A stretch of DNA of 64,000 bases from Thermoplasmatales archaeon E-plasma (GTDB lineage: Archaea > Thermoplasmatota > Thermoplasmata > Thermoplasmatales > Thermoplasmataceae). The notes under the pieces were generated by a model. It was not told the DNA's origin. It saw nothing but the letters and a program-made list of their open reading frames with translations, and searched no databases. The stretch spans positions 612,030 through 676,029 of the forward strand of contig KI542675.1 in the NCBI GenBank assembly GCA_000496135.1, written 5' to 3'. Every line of letters begins with the position of its first letter. Position 1 is the first letter of the stretch. The translations under genes were made by a program, and so were the position numbers. Shown here one piece after another: positions 47,174 to 57,126 of this stretch.

Positions 47174-47634
47174 TATCCCTTGTGATAGAATTAAGTGGTA
47201 ATATTAGTATCCCAAGAATTCCCTTCAGGTTATTTATCAAGATAATTAGATATGCATGGACACTTCTTCAAAAAATTAGTAATAAATTTTCCCTTAATAA
47301 ACGAATATGTGCGTATATCAAATGTTGTAGTCTCTTATTTATTCTGATAATAGTATATATAAAAGCAGTGACAGGTAAAGCTTAAACTTACATCGAATTA
47401 AACAAGTTTTCCACATACATGCATTAAACTTTTATACCTATGCCGGTGCCGCTGCGTTCACGTTGTCAAACGCAAGCTTGCCTTGGTTAATCGCGGATAT
47501 GGAAAGGTCACGTTCGTTCAATTTTAATTACTCTGTGGCAGCTCCGTTAAGGTCAAAAAATGACCTCCTTGAGTATATAACTGCAGTCATGAAACTAGGT
47601 AATATTCAGAGTAGGGATATGGAATTTTATTATG

Positions 47635-47650
47635 ACGCCCCGAACGGGAT
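47635..47650 (+). repeat. attR-like core (tRNA-Asp 3' end)
   Basis: Identical to 31205-31220. Confidence 0.7.
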
Positions 47651-47708
47651 TTGAACCCGTGTCACAGGCTCGACAGGCCTGTATGATAGGCCGCTACACT
47701 ATCGGGGC
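47636..47708 (-). tRNA. tRNA-Asp (GTC)
   Basis: Cloverleaf folded by hand: acceptor GCCCCGA/TCGGGGC, anticodon stem CAGGC/GCCTG with loop CTGTCGA, T-arm ACGGG-TTCAAAT-CCCGT; no encoded CCA. Confidence 0.9.
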
Positions 47709-47826
47709 TATACCATCTTGGCGCAGAACAGGTAATGAATATACCGTTATAAACGTTATCAAGCGTTTCAATAACTTTAGAAGCAGAAGCAAAGGATAAG
47801 CATCCTTTAATATTGCGGAATTCTTC

Positions 47827-48723
47827 TTGGTTATGGAACTAATAAGGACAGGTAAAGTAAAGGAAGTTTATAATGATGGGGATGTGCTACTTTTTAGATT
47901 TACGGATAAAATTTCAGTTTTTGATAAGATTATACCAAATAAGATTCCAGACAAGGGAGAATCTCTATGCAGAACTTCAAAATTCTGGTTTGAGAAGATT
48001 AAGGAAGAAAGAGGTATACAGAGCCATTTTATTGAATGCCCTTCCAAGACAGAAATGAAAGTTAAAAAATTCCGGGTCAATGAATCCGGGGGATCAAGGA
48101 TCTGGATTAATTACCTTATACCTCTGGAATTCGTAATGAGATATTATGTGGCCGGCACCCTAATGGATCGCATCAAGAAGGGAAAAATAGATTTTAAGGA
48201 GCTTGGTTTTAGATCAACTCCGAAAATTGGTGATGAAATGCCTGAGCCATTATTTGAAATGACCACTAAATTTGAAAAAACCGATCGCCCTTTAAGCTTC
48301 GAAGAAGCCTCTCAAATAGGTGGTATCAGCAGAGAAGAAATATACGAGATAAAGGAAACTATTCTTAATATTGATAATATAATAGCAAGAACAATTTCAA
48401 CTAGAAATTTAATTCACGCAGATGGAAAGAAAGAGTTTGCAATGGGAGAAGGCAGGATTCCAGTAGTCGTTGATACGTTTGGAACAGCTGACGAAGATCG
48501 CTTCTGGGACAGAGAAATGTTTAGCAATGGAAAAATTGTTGAGCTAAGCAAGGAATCAGTAAGGCAATATTATCGCTCTTCAGGTTATTATGATCTGTTG
48601 TATTCCGCAAGGGAAGCAGGTGATAAGGAACCTGAAATTACTCCGCTTCCAGAAAAAATTGTAAAAGAGACATCTGCCCTTTACAGGGAGATGTATAGTC
48701 GATTGACAGGTCTAAAATGGTAA
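47827..48723 (+). CDS. purC: phosphoribosylaminoimidazole-succinocarboxamide (SAICAR) synthase
   Basis: 298 aa; TGKVKEVY N-terminal motif and SAICAR-synthase-like blocks; TTG start, an ATG lies 2 codons in. Confidence 0.8.
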   Translation: MVMELIRTGKVKEVYNDGDVLLFRFTDKISVFDKIIPNKIPDKGESLCRTSKFWFEKIKEERGIQSHFIECPSKTEMKVKKFRVNESGGSRIWINYLIPLEFVMRYYVAGTLMDRIKKGKIDFKELGFRSTPKIGDEMPEPLFEMTTKFEKTDRPLSFEEASQIGGISREEIYEIKETILNIDNIIARTISTRNLIHADGKKEFAMGEGRIPVVVDTFGTADEDRFWDREMFSNGKIVELSKESVRQYYRSSGYYDLLYSAREAGDKEPEITPLPEKIVKETSALYREMYSRLTGLKW

Positions 48724-49119
48724 TTATTGAAGACCGAGACTTATCTGGTTTTCCAGGTAATGCCAGAAATGGTGCTCTATTTCAAAGGACCAAAGGCTCT
48801 CCGGTACCTCAACAAACACTACCAGGGGTGTAAGCAGAAATGCTTCTATTGCCGCCACTCCGAGATCCTGCATCCATTTGCCAATACCCATTGAAGCTGT
48901 AACATTGTTGGAATCCCCTGTAAGGGTTATTGTAAATGCTCGGTCCATTCCAAGTATGGATCTGAAAATTCCTCCCTTTGTTGCCTGAATTAACCAACCC
49001 TTGGGATGCTTCACAGATTGGGTCTTAAATCCCTCTTCCTTAAAGAATTGCTCTGTAGCTTTTGCCATTGCATCTATGTTTATGTTCTGGTTGTTAAATT
49101 CTCTCTTTGCCTGTTTCAT
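48724..49119 (-). CDS. hypothetical protein
   Basis: 131 aa; one C-terminal hydrophobic stretch. Confidence 0.4.
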   Translation of the reverse strand: MKQAKREFNNQNINIDAMAKATEQFFKEEGFKTQSVKHPKGWLIQATKGGIFRSILGMDRAFTITLTGDSNNVTASMGIGKWMQDLGVAAIEAFLLTPLVVFVEVPESLWSFEIEHHFWHYLENQISLGLQ

Positions 49120-49208
49120 AAGAGTGGATTATAATATTTGTTATAATAATTACTGTAATACATGTCCAACATGTAAAACTATATTAACATGTCAAGAATG
49201 TCTGTATC

Positions 49209-49691
49209 ATGGCAGAAAAGAAAACTACAGAAAAAGCAAATAAAGAGGAAGAAGTGAATGAAAAAACAGTTTCAATTAGAGGCATTGCTTCGGATATTTA
49301 TAGAAAGATATTACAAATATCCAGTGAGACAGGTAAAACTGTTGGTGAATTGACAAATGAAGCGTACAGAAAAATGGTTCAAACCAGCAGTCTCGTGGAA
49401 AAAGCTGCCGAAAAGGCTCTGGAAAAGAAGTTCAAAGTTGCTGATACCATAGTAGAAAATATAGGGCAGATAACATTGAATAATGATGAGATTGAGAAAC
49501 TGTATGGAAATATAGGCTTCAGGAACATTGATAAACTGGAACTATCGGGATTGAGTGATATTAACTCATATGGTAAAATCTCCTTCATTAGCAATGTGAA
49601 GGTCCTGAAACTTACAAAAGGTACAAAAAAGGTAAACCTTCTAAGCAAACTAAATGAAGTTTCTCAGATAGTTGAGGAAGATTTAAACTGA
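49209..49691 (+). CDS. hypothetical protein
   Basis: 160 aa, Lys/Glu-rich N-terminal half. Confidence 0.4.
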   Translation: MAEKKTTEKANKEEEVNEKTVSIRGIASDIYRKILQISSETGKTVGELTNEAYRKMVQTSSLVEKAAEKALEKKFKVADTIVENIGQITLNNDEIEKLYGNIGFRNIDKLELSGLSDINSYGKISFISNVKVLKLTKGTKKVNLLSKLNEVSQIVEEDLN

Positions 49692-49709
49692 TTTTGGTTA
49701 TACCAACCA

Positions 49710-50354
49710 ATGAACTTTTATGAATCTCAATTAAATTTTATTAAAAATACCTTGGGAAACTGTGATAAAGTTTTAGCATTCGATCTTGAAACGCTGGTAA
49801 AAAACAATTCTTTCTTGGCTAACGAAAGAATCATTGCCATTTCAATAACAACATCAGATATGAAGACCAGACTGATGATTGCAGATAACGATTCAGAGGA
49901 TGAGGAATATAGAATACTGCTGGATTTTAACAAATTGATCGCAGATTACAGACCGGAGATAATAATAGGTTTTAATCATGCAGCATATGATATCCCTTTA
50001 ATTTATACCAAATTGGTAAAATTAGCGTATGCTAAACAGTTATGGGACCTCAAATTCTTTTTTGCAACTTCATTTATTGTTGATATGATGTATATTTGTG
50101 CAATGGATCTCTTCTCCTGGACTGGGGAATACAAGATTAGAGGATTAAAGAAACTTCTTGAGCATGAACGCTATTCTAAACTACCTCTTGACAAAAAAAA
50201 GGGCATAGTTGAAATTGATGGGATGAATAAGGCTGAAGCCATAGAAAGTCTCTGGAAGACAGACAGGAAGAAATTTATGGAATATTGTAAAGGAGACACA
50301 AGAGACGTTCTTATTTTATACAATTACATTTTTAAAGGAGAGGGAATAAGTTAA
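49710..50354 (+). CDS. RNase H-like/DEDD 3'-5' exonuclease-fold protein
   Basis: 214 aa; FDLET (Exo I-like) and GFNHAAYDIPLI (Exo II-like) motifs. Confidence 0.45.
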   Translation: MNFYESQLNFIKNTLGNCDKVLAFDLETLVKNNSFLANERIIAISITTSDMKTRLMIADNDSEDEEYRILLDFNKLIADYRPEIIIGFNHAAYDIPLIYTKLVKLAYAKQLWDLKFFFATSFIVDMMYICAMDLFSWTGEYKIRGLKKLLEHERYSKLPLDKKKGIVEIDGMNKAEAIESLWKTDRKKFMEYCKGDTRDVLILYNYIFKGEGIS

Positions 50355-50359
50355 AATTA

Positions 50360-50782
50360 TCAGTATTTTCCAAATTTTTCTGCTACCTCTTCCACATTAT
50401 CCATATAATCATCAAAGATCCTGATTATATCTTTTGATGTTATTATACCAAGATATTTGCCATTGCTTCCAACTAAAAGTCTTCTTATTCCCTTTTCATT
50501 CATAATTTTTGTAATCTTCATTGTAGGAGTCTCAGGCGGGGCAGAGTAAACCTCTCTATTCATTATCTGACCCATTGTCACGTCCTTGGGGTCTTTGCCC
50601 GGAGCTACTACCTTATAGAGTATATCCCATTCAGTCACAATACCTAATATAAGTTCAGAATCAGCAATTAAAGCATAACCTACCTGATCATTAGCCATAA
50701 TTTTTGCAGCATCTGCCACTGAAATAGTGCTTGGCATAGGAGCCGGCAGTTTTTTCATTAAGTCTTCTGCAATTAATACCAT
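50360..50782 (-). CDS. CBS-domain pair protein
   Basis: 140 aa; two CBS repeats (..GIVTEWDILYKV.., ..GIITSKDIIRIF..). Confidence 0.8.
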   Translation of the reverse strand: MVLIAEDLMKKLPAPMPSTISVADAAKIMANDQVGYALIADSELILGIVTEWDILYKVVAPGKDPKDVTMGQIMNREVYSAPPETPTMKITKIMNEKGIRRLLVGSNGKYLGIITSKDIIRIFDDYMDNVEEVAEKFGKY

Positions 50783-51032
50783 GATCCAAAATGGCTTTCA
50801 CATATTTAATACAATAAGGCATAGGATTATGCGAAATTTCCAATAACCAAATCTTAATCGTTGAATGCTCTATTAGAATAAATTAATTGAGTGTTTTTTT
50901 CTTCGGTATGAGAACGAAACAAAGTATATTCAGGGCAACACAATCTCATCTATCAAAAGTAAACCCTAGTTTTTGTCACCTCTTATTTCAAAAGGCTTTA
51001 ATAGGCTGTGTAAATCATCTTACGTCTAGGAA

Positions 51033-51677
51033 GTGCTTAATATGGAAAAATTATTACAAACCGGAACGACCACTGTTGGATTAACTGTTCAAAATGCCGT
51101 AATTATGGGAACTGAAAGAAGGGTCACAATGGATCATTTCATTGCCCACAAGGACGGAAAGAAATTACATCAGATAGATACACACGCAGCAATGACAATT
51201 GCCGGGCTCGTAGGTGACGCTCAGGTTTTGGTCAGATACATGAAAGCAGAACTGGAATTATACAGAATGCAGAGAAAATTCAATATGCCAATAGATGCCG
51301 CTGCCACATTACTTTCAAACATACTTAACCAGTCAAAATATTATCCATATATGGTTCAGCTTCTTGTGGGCGGGTTTGATGGTAAACCCCATTTATACTC
51401 TGTAGACGCCGCTGGAGGCGCTGTAGAGGATGTATATGTCAGCACAGGATCCGGGTCTCCATTTGTTTATGGAGTTCTTGAATCCATGTACAGCAAGGAT
51501 ATGAAAATTGATGATGCAATTGACATGGTCATAAGGGGAATTACCGCTGCAAAATCAAGAGATTCAGCATCAGGCGGTATGATAGACATAGCAACCATAA
51601 CCGCAACCGATGGATTCAAGCAGATCCCGGAAGAGGATATTCTTGCAAGAATCAAAAAATTAAAATTAAACTTATAA
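51033..51677 (+). CDS. psmB: proteasome subunit beta
   Basis: Short propeptide then the TTTVGL active-site threonine; 214 aa. Confidence 0.9.
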   Translation: MLNMEKLLQTGTTTVGLTVQNAVIMGTERRVTMDHFIAHKDGKKLHQIDTHAAMTIAGLVGDAQVLVRYMKAELELYRMQRKFNMPIDAAATLLSNILNQSKYYPYMVQLLVGGFDGKPHLYSVDAAGGAVEDVYVSTGSGSPFVYGVLESMYSKDMKIDDAIDMVIRGITAAKSRDSASGGMIDIATITATDGFKQIPEEDILARIKKLKLNL

Positions 51678-51727
51678 TTTATCATTAATTTTTCCATTAA
51701 ATTTATAATTAAACGGAGCAAATAAAA

Positions 51728-53650
51728 ATGTCTTTTAAAGACTATATAGAGGAAACAAGACGTATTTTCGACAGAATCTTGCCGGAAAACGGTATAACGG
51801 AAATAGATTATGAAGGGCCAAATATCGTAGTTTATACAAAGAACGAGGCTCTTTTTTCAGGGAGGGACGACATTGCAAGGCAGGTTGCCCAGGAGATTAG
51901 AAGAAGAATTGCCATAAGACCGGACCCAAGTATACTCACAGATGAAGTCAAGGCTGAGGAGATTATAAGGCAGATAGTGCCAGAAGATGCAGCATTAAAA
52001 AACGTATATTTTGAAGCCGATACAGGAGAAGTTGTAATTGAACTTGAGGAACCCTCAATATTGAATCAGAGAGAAAGTAGTATAATTCATAAGATTAAAG
52101 AGAATACAAAATGGTCGCCAAGGCTTGTAAGAGCACCTCCAATGCATTCTAGAACCGTAAAGGAAATGAGGGAATACCTGAGAGAGATGAAGGATGACAG
52201 GAAAAAATTCCTTCATGCTCTAGGTCTCAAGCTTAACATCCCACCCATGGAAGGGGAGGTGTGGGTTAGAATGACTGCACTTGGTGGTCACAGAGAAGTT
52301 GGAAGAAGTGCCACACTTGTATCAACAAACAATTCAAAAATTCTTGTAGACTGTGGCATGATGAACACAAACTCAAGCGAAAGCAAACCATGGGAGGGTG
52401 CTCCATATCTTTATCTGCCGGAAGTTCAGCCGCTTTCTTCTCTGGATGCGGTTGTTCTCACTCACGCGCATCTGGATCATTCAGGATTAATTCCATTGTT
52501 AAACAAGTATGGATATGAAGGGCCAATTTACATGACTCAGCCAACAAGAGATTTAGCTGCTCTGCTTCAAAATGACTACATTAAGGTAGCACATGCGGAG
52601 GGTCATAAAGCACCATATGAATCAAAGCACATCAGGGAAATAATAAAGAGGAGTGTTATATTAAAATACAATGAAACCACAGATATAACTCCTGACGTCA
52701 GGTTGACATTTTACAATGCAGGTCACATACTGGGCTCAGCATCTGTGCATCTGCATATTGGTGAAGGACTTTATAATATTGTATTAAGCGGAGATGTGAA
52801 ATTCGAAAAATCATGGCTTTTTAACATGGCTAATAACAAATTTCCAAGAGTTGAAACATTCATGACAGAATCCACTTATGCCGGCAGGGATGATTATCAT
52901 CATACCAGGAAGGATGCCTCAGAGTCACTGGTAGAAATAGTTAATAGAACATTCGAGAGGGGAGGTTCTGTTCTTATACCTGTTTTTGCCGTTGGAAGAA
53001 GCCAGGAGGTCATGATGGTTCTTGAGGAGGCCATGAGAACCGGTCTCATTAAGAACGCACCGGTTTATCTTGATGGAATGATCATGGAAGCAACTGCCAT
53101 TCATGCGGCTTATCCTGAATTTCTAAACAGGGAATTGCGTGAGCAGATTATGGTAAAAAGGGAAAATCCCTTCATGAGCAATATCTTCCATAAGGTAGAA
53201 ACTAGAGACCAGAGACAGGAAATATGCGATTCGGTAGAAAATCAGATCGTGCTTGCAACTTCCGGTATGATGAATGGTGGTCCGGTCATGGAGTTTTTCA
53301 AGGCATGGGCTCCCTCTGCAAAAAATTCTTTAGTTTTTGTAGGTTACCAGGCTGATGGAACTCTGGGCAGAAGGATCCAGAGAGGTCTGGATGAAATAAC
53401 CCTGAGTGACGGTGGAAAGCAGGTAAAGTATGAGGTAAAGATGGCAATTGAAACAGCAGAAGGTTTCTCAGGACATTCTGATAAAAAGCAGCTTCTTGCA
53501 TATATATCGACAATGCATCCCAAGCCATATAAGATTCTGGTTAATCATGGAGATGGAGAAAAAGCAGCGGAATTCGCAAGGCTCATTAGGCAGAGATTTG
53601 CCATAGAAGCAACGGCATTAAAGAATCTGGAAACTATCAGGCTGATGTGA
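51728..53650 (+). CDS. beta-CASP ribonuclease aCPSF1 (KH domains plus metallo-beta-lactamase)
   Basis: 640 aa; HAHLDHSG motif and beta-CASP region, with N-terminal KH-like domains. Confidence 0.9.
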   Translation: MSFKDYIEETRRIFDRILPENGITEIDYEGPNIVVYTKNEALFSGRDDIARQVAQEIRRRIAIRPDPSILTDEVKAEEIIRQIVPEDAALKNVYFEADTGEVVIELEEPSILNQRESSIIHKIKENTKWSPRLVRAPPMHSRTVKEMREYLREMKDDRKKFLHALGLKLNIPPMEGEVWVRMTALGGHREVGRSATLVSTNNSKILVDCGMMNTNSSESKPWEGAPYLYLPEVQPLSSLDAVVLTHAHLDHSGLIPLLNKYGYEGPIYMTQPTRDLAALLQNDYIKVAHAEGHKAPYESKHIREIIKRSVILKYNETTDITPDVRLTFYNAGHILGSASVHLHIGEGLYNIVLSGDVKFEKSWLFNMANNKFPRVETFMTESTYAGRDDYHHTRKDASESLVEIVNRTFERGGSVLIPVFAVGRSQEVMMVLEEAMRTGLIKNAPVYLDGMIMEATAIHAAYPEFLNRELREQIMVKRENPFMSNIFHKVETRDQRQEICDSVENQIVLATSGMMNGGPVMEFFKAWAPSAKNSLVFVGYQADGTLGRRIQRGLDEITLSDGGKQVKYEVKMAIETAEGFSGHSDKKQLLAYISTMHPKPYKILVNHGDGEKAAEFARLIRQRFAIEATALKNLETIRLM

Positions 53651-53659
53651 GGTTGAATT

Positions 53660-54184
53660 ATGGATGTGGTAATATTCAATGAATCTTTTCTAAGCGGAAA
53701 GGGAAAGGAAGAGTTCAGGCAATTTATCATTGAAAAAGATCCAGAACGGATAATAATTGTTCCAGGTACAGTAAGGAAAGAATTGCCCGTTAAATCAGAC
53801 GTTTTAGAAAAAATTCTGGGAAAACCAATAAGGTTTCTGGAATTGGAGAAAAATTCAGCAGATGAAAAGGATGAGGAAATCGATGTGGAGTCGGCAATCA
53901 AAGCCAAGGTTCTTGAACTTGGAATTCAATCTGTAAGAGATTATGTATCAGATTATCTTTCAGATGCAAACTCACTGAATTCTGAAATTACTTATACCCT
54001 TTACAGGGCATACTTTAAATTTTATGGAGCAGCGCTCGGAAAAGAATATTCAGAGAGATTTGAGAAGAAAAGAAAGGAATACCTTTCAAGCATTTTGGAA
54101 TTGAAACCAGGTAAACGGGATATACTCCTCACATCAGAAGAGGATGCTTACTGGTATATAGATCATATAAGTGGTCACCAGTAA
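53660..54184 (+). CDS. hypothetical protein downstream of aCPSF1
   Basis: 174 aa; 9 nt after the aCPSF1 stop. Confidence 0.4.
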   Translation: MDVVIFNESFLSGKGKEEFRQFIIEKDPERIIIVPGTVRKELPVKSDVLEKILGKPIRFLELEKNSADEKDEEIDVESAIKAKVLELGIQSVRDYVSDYLSDANSLNSEITYTLYRAYFKFYGAALGKEYSERFEKKRKEYLSSILELKPGKRDILLTSEEDAYWYIDHISGHQ

Positions 54185-54249
54185 ATCAATAAGTTTTAAA
54201 AGCTAAATTGCATCAGGAAGAAGCTTGCTTTAGTGCAGGGTGATTTAAT

Positions 54250-54627
54250 TTGAGTATGTTTCAGGGAAGAGCAACAAGTAAACCCTCAGGTGGGAAACTT
54301 AGAACCTTAAGGAGTAAAAGAAGATTTGAAATTGGGAGAGAACCGACCTTAACGAGGGTTGGCGAAACGCAGAGAAAGGTTGTAAGATCATTTGGCGGGA
54401 GTTCAAAGGTCATTCTTTTAAAGGAGCAGTTTGCAAACGTTTACAATCCAAAGGACAAGACAAGTAAAAAAACAAAGATAATTACCGTGAGACAAAACCC
54501 GGCAAACCCTCATTATGTACAGAGAAATATAATGGGAAAGGGGTCAATAGTTCAGACTGAACTTGGTGAAGCTGTAATTACCTCAAGACCAGGTCAGGAT
54601 GGAGTAGTAAACGCGATTCTGAAATGA
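54250..54627 (+). CDS. rps8e: 30S ribosomal protein S8e
   Basis: GRATSKPSGGKLRTLRSKRRFEIGREP... typical S8e N-terminus; start may be the ATG at 54256. Confidence 0.85.
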   Translation: MSMFQGRATSKPSGGKLRTLRSKRRFEIGREPTLTRVGETQRKVVRSFGGSSKVILLKEQFANVYNPKDKTSKKTKIITVRQNPANPHYVQRNIMGKGSIVQTELGEAVITSRPGQDGVVNAILK

Positions 54628-54878
54628 GAATCACACTTTATTCTGAGTATTTTAATGAGAAAAATTCAAGACGCCTTGGGCGTAAGATAAATCAAAAGGC
54701 TGCTAAAAATTTTACCAATGAGAAACTGGAATCTATTTTGCGGGACCTTAAAATTAACTTCAGTACGAGAAAGGGAGCATATCCAAGAACATTCTACAAT
54801 GAATCTGTCATATATGATATAGAATCTGAAATCAGAAAATCATCACTTATCAAGATTATTGAGAGAAGGCTTTCCTGA
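54624..54878 (+). CDS. srp19: signal recognition particle protein SRP19
   Basis: 84 aa; ..YSEYFNEKNSRRLGRKI.. SRP19 motif; 4-nt overlap with the S8e gene. Confidence 0.8.
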   Translation: MRITLYSEYFNEKNSRRLGRKINQKAAKNFTNEKLESILRDLKINFSTRKGAYPRTFYNESVIYDIESEIRKSSLIKIIERRLS

Positions 54879-55850
54879 ATTTTTCTTTCTCTTCTTATAT
54901 GAATAATACTGCATTGGATGTTTAAGCCATTCCGAATTGCAGATATAATCATTATCCATGTAACAAAGATGGTTTGACTTCAGAACACTGCACCTTGGCG
55001 GTGAATATTCAGTGCCAGATTTTTCGCCTGTCACATGATTGACCTGATAGGATGTAATTCTTTCATTGAAATCAGGCGCTGATTTGAAAATATTCATTAT
55101 TTCCTCATTTTTCATTCCAACATGGTGCAGGAAGCTGACCATGGTGAACCTGGCCATGTGAGGAAGATTTACACCGGAACGAGCATCTGAGAGATAGTGA
55201 AGGATGCACGGCGGAAAACATGAAGCATCCACTGATCCAAGATCTCCGGAATATTTCATTTCTCTGGCTTTCTCCTGAAGATCAAGGAGCTCCTCCGAAA
55301 TTGATGACAGAATAACGTGGCATCTTTCAGAATCTATGCTTTCCAAAATACTTCTGGCCTTTACAAGAAAAGCCTCCCTGATTACTTTGTGTAAAACATC
55401 GCCGTCAACAAGTATCTTTCCCTTGAGGAAGGTCTGGTTAACCAGCCTGAATCTGGAGCCGGAAATTCTCCTTGAATATGTGGCGAATACCTCAGGATCC
55501 ATGACATAACAGGACAGATCTGGATTATATGTTGCATTGACACCATATTCAAACGCATAATCTTCCACTTTTTCAATAGTTTCCATGGAAAGTCTTGATT
55601 CAAAAATATCTCGATAGGTGTTGAGAGCCCTTGAAGTGAAAGAATTTATATCTATATATGCAAGTTCCCACAATATCAATGGTAGGGATCGATCCTGGGG
55701 ATCAAACTTTACCTCGTCCTGATTTATGGATAGTCTCAGGAATTCGAGGCTCGCCTCCCTTATCCTGGCATCCTCTTCTGAAAAGGAGGATATTATTTGT
55801 TTTATGTGTCCTTCTGAAAATCTCTCTTCTATGGGTATAGCCCTTTTCAT
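54843..55850 (-). CDS. priL: DNA primase large subunit PriL
   Basis: 335 aa; FPPCILHYL Fe-S/PriL signature and C-terminal cysteines. Confidence 0.75.
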   Translation of the reverse strand: MKRAIPIEERFSEGHIKQIISSFSEEDARIREASLEFLRLSINQDEVKFDPQDRSLPLILWELAYIDINSFTSRALNTYRDIFESRLSMETIEKVEDYAFEYGVNATYNPDLSCYVMDPEVFATYSRRISGSRFRLVNQTFLKGKILVDGDVLHKVIREAFLVKARSILESIDSERCHVILSSISEELLDLQEKAREMKYSGDLGSVDASCFPPCILHYLSDARSGVNLPHMARFTMVSFLHHVGMKNEEIMNIFKSAPDFNERITSYQVNHVTGEKSGTEYSPPRCSVLKSNHLCYMDNDYICNSEWLKHPMQYYSYKKRKKNSGKPSLNNLDK

Positions 55851-56926
55851 ACTTCCCTTATGGTGGCGGTTGCTCCTTTTGAGATCTTCTCGAAACCATC
55901 TTCCTTGACAATGACATCATCTTCTATTCTGATGCCTCCATATCCTGTGAGATATACTCCAGGTTCATCGGTTACTACCATGTTGGCTTTCAGCGGGAAA
56001 TCATAATTTGGTGCAAGTGCCGGGTGGTCATGCACGTCCATTCCCACTCCATGCCCCAGCGAATGTATAAATCTTCCTTTGTAGGGCGATGCATCTATTA
56101 TATCTCTGGCTATTTTGTCTATGTCTTTTCCATTTATGTTTGCCCTTATTGCCTTCATACTTTCGTTTTGTGCTTCATAAACAACAGAATACATGTCCTT
56201 TGTTTTTTCGCTTGCCTTCCCAAAACTTATCGTTCTTGTAATATCTGAGCAGTATCCCTCGTATAAGGCTCCATAATCAATAAGAACGATATCACCTTTC
56301 TTCAGTTTTCTGTTACCAGGAGAATAATGGGGCATGGAAGAATTCTCTCCAAATGCGACAATTGTATCAAATGAGGGACCCGATGCGCCACCCTTCATCA
56401 TTTCATGAACTATGTTTGCAGCCACTTCCTTTTCTGTCATTCCTTCTCTTAGCTGCTCTATTGCAGGTTCAAAGGCCTCGCTTCCTATTTTGGCTGCCTC
56501 TCTTAAATTTTTTAATTCCTCAGGCGTTTTCAGTCTTCTTGCTTCTGATATGGAAACAGAAACGTCGACAAACTCCTTGTCCGGTATAATCTTCAGCAGA
56601 TTTTTGTAAATTTCAAGATTCAGTGATGAATAATTTAAACCAACTACATTAACATCCTTAAGTGAATTCTTCAGAAGATTTTCATATTCGTCGCGTGAAT
56701 GAAATATTTCCACCTTATTTCCTGTGTTTCTGGCTGATTCCTCCTCAAGAACAGATGTGAAAATTGTAATTGAATCAGGTTTAGCAAGTATGAATGATCC
56801 TTCATACAGACCGCCTTCTTTTCCCGCCAGGTAAAAGAAATTCTTATCAAGGTTATTTTCTCCACCATTTAAGATCAATATAGCTTCGGCCTCCCTTGCG
56901 TAATCAAAAATTTTCTTTGGGTTCAT
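55847..56926 (-). CDS. M24-family Xaa-Pro peptidase
   Basis: 359 aa; HSLGHGVGMDVHD and EDDVIV metal-ligand blocks. Confidence 0.85.
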   Translation of the reverse strand: MNPKKIFDYAREAEAILILNGGENNLDKNFFYLAGKEGGLYEGSFILAKPDSITIFTSVLEEESARNTGNKVEIFHSRDEYENLLKNSLKDVNVVGLNYSSLNLEIYKNLLKIIPDKEFVDVSVSISEARRLKTPEELKNLREAAKIGSEAFEPAIEQLREGMTEKEVAANIVHEMMKGGASGPSFDTIVAFGENSSMPHYSPGNRKLKKGDIVLIDYGALYEGYCSDITRTISFGKASEKTKDMYSVVYEAQNESMKAIRANINGKDIDKIARDIIDASPYKGRFIHSLGHGVGMDVHDHPALAPNYDFPLKANMVVTDEPGVYLTGYGGIRIEDDVIVKEDGFEKISKGATATIREV

Positions 56927-57126
56927 TATGTAGTATTATAAACAGCATTAATAGGTTTATGAAAAACTTCGAAAAGAGTTGCCCTGTTAACTCCAGAAGG
57001 TGAAATTATAATTTGAGAATAATTAAACTTATGAATTATACAGAAAAATTGGCAACCGTTAAAATTTCTTCCATGTATTGACGTCTATGAAAAATCATTA
57101 AATATTAAGTTAATTTTATAGGGACT

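Larger units (their letters stand above)
31205..47650. mobile_element. integrated element / genomic island at tRNA-Asp (mosaic, IS-invaded)
   Basis: 16-bp direct repeats ACGCCCCGAACGGGAT at 31205-31220 and 47635-47650, the latter being the tRNA-Asp 3' end. Contents: two integrases, IS copies, virus/plasmid-like small ORFs. Confidence 0.7.

Noticed and set aside
47463-47654. 63-aa ORF running into the tRNA-Asp/attR core, considered as a possible int(N) fragment
   Set aside because: Its frame across the att core differs from the integrase frame at attL, and joining it to the sequence after attL gives an immediate stop (ATA TAA). It overlaps the tRNA gene, so it is probably spurious.
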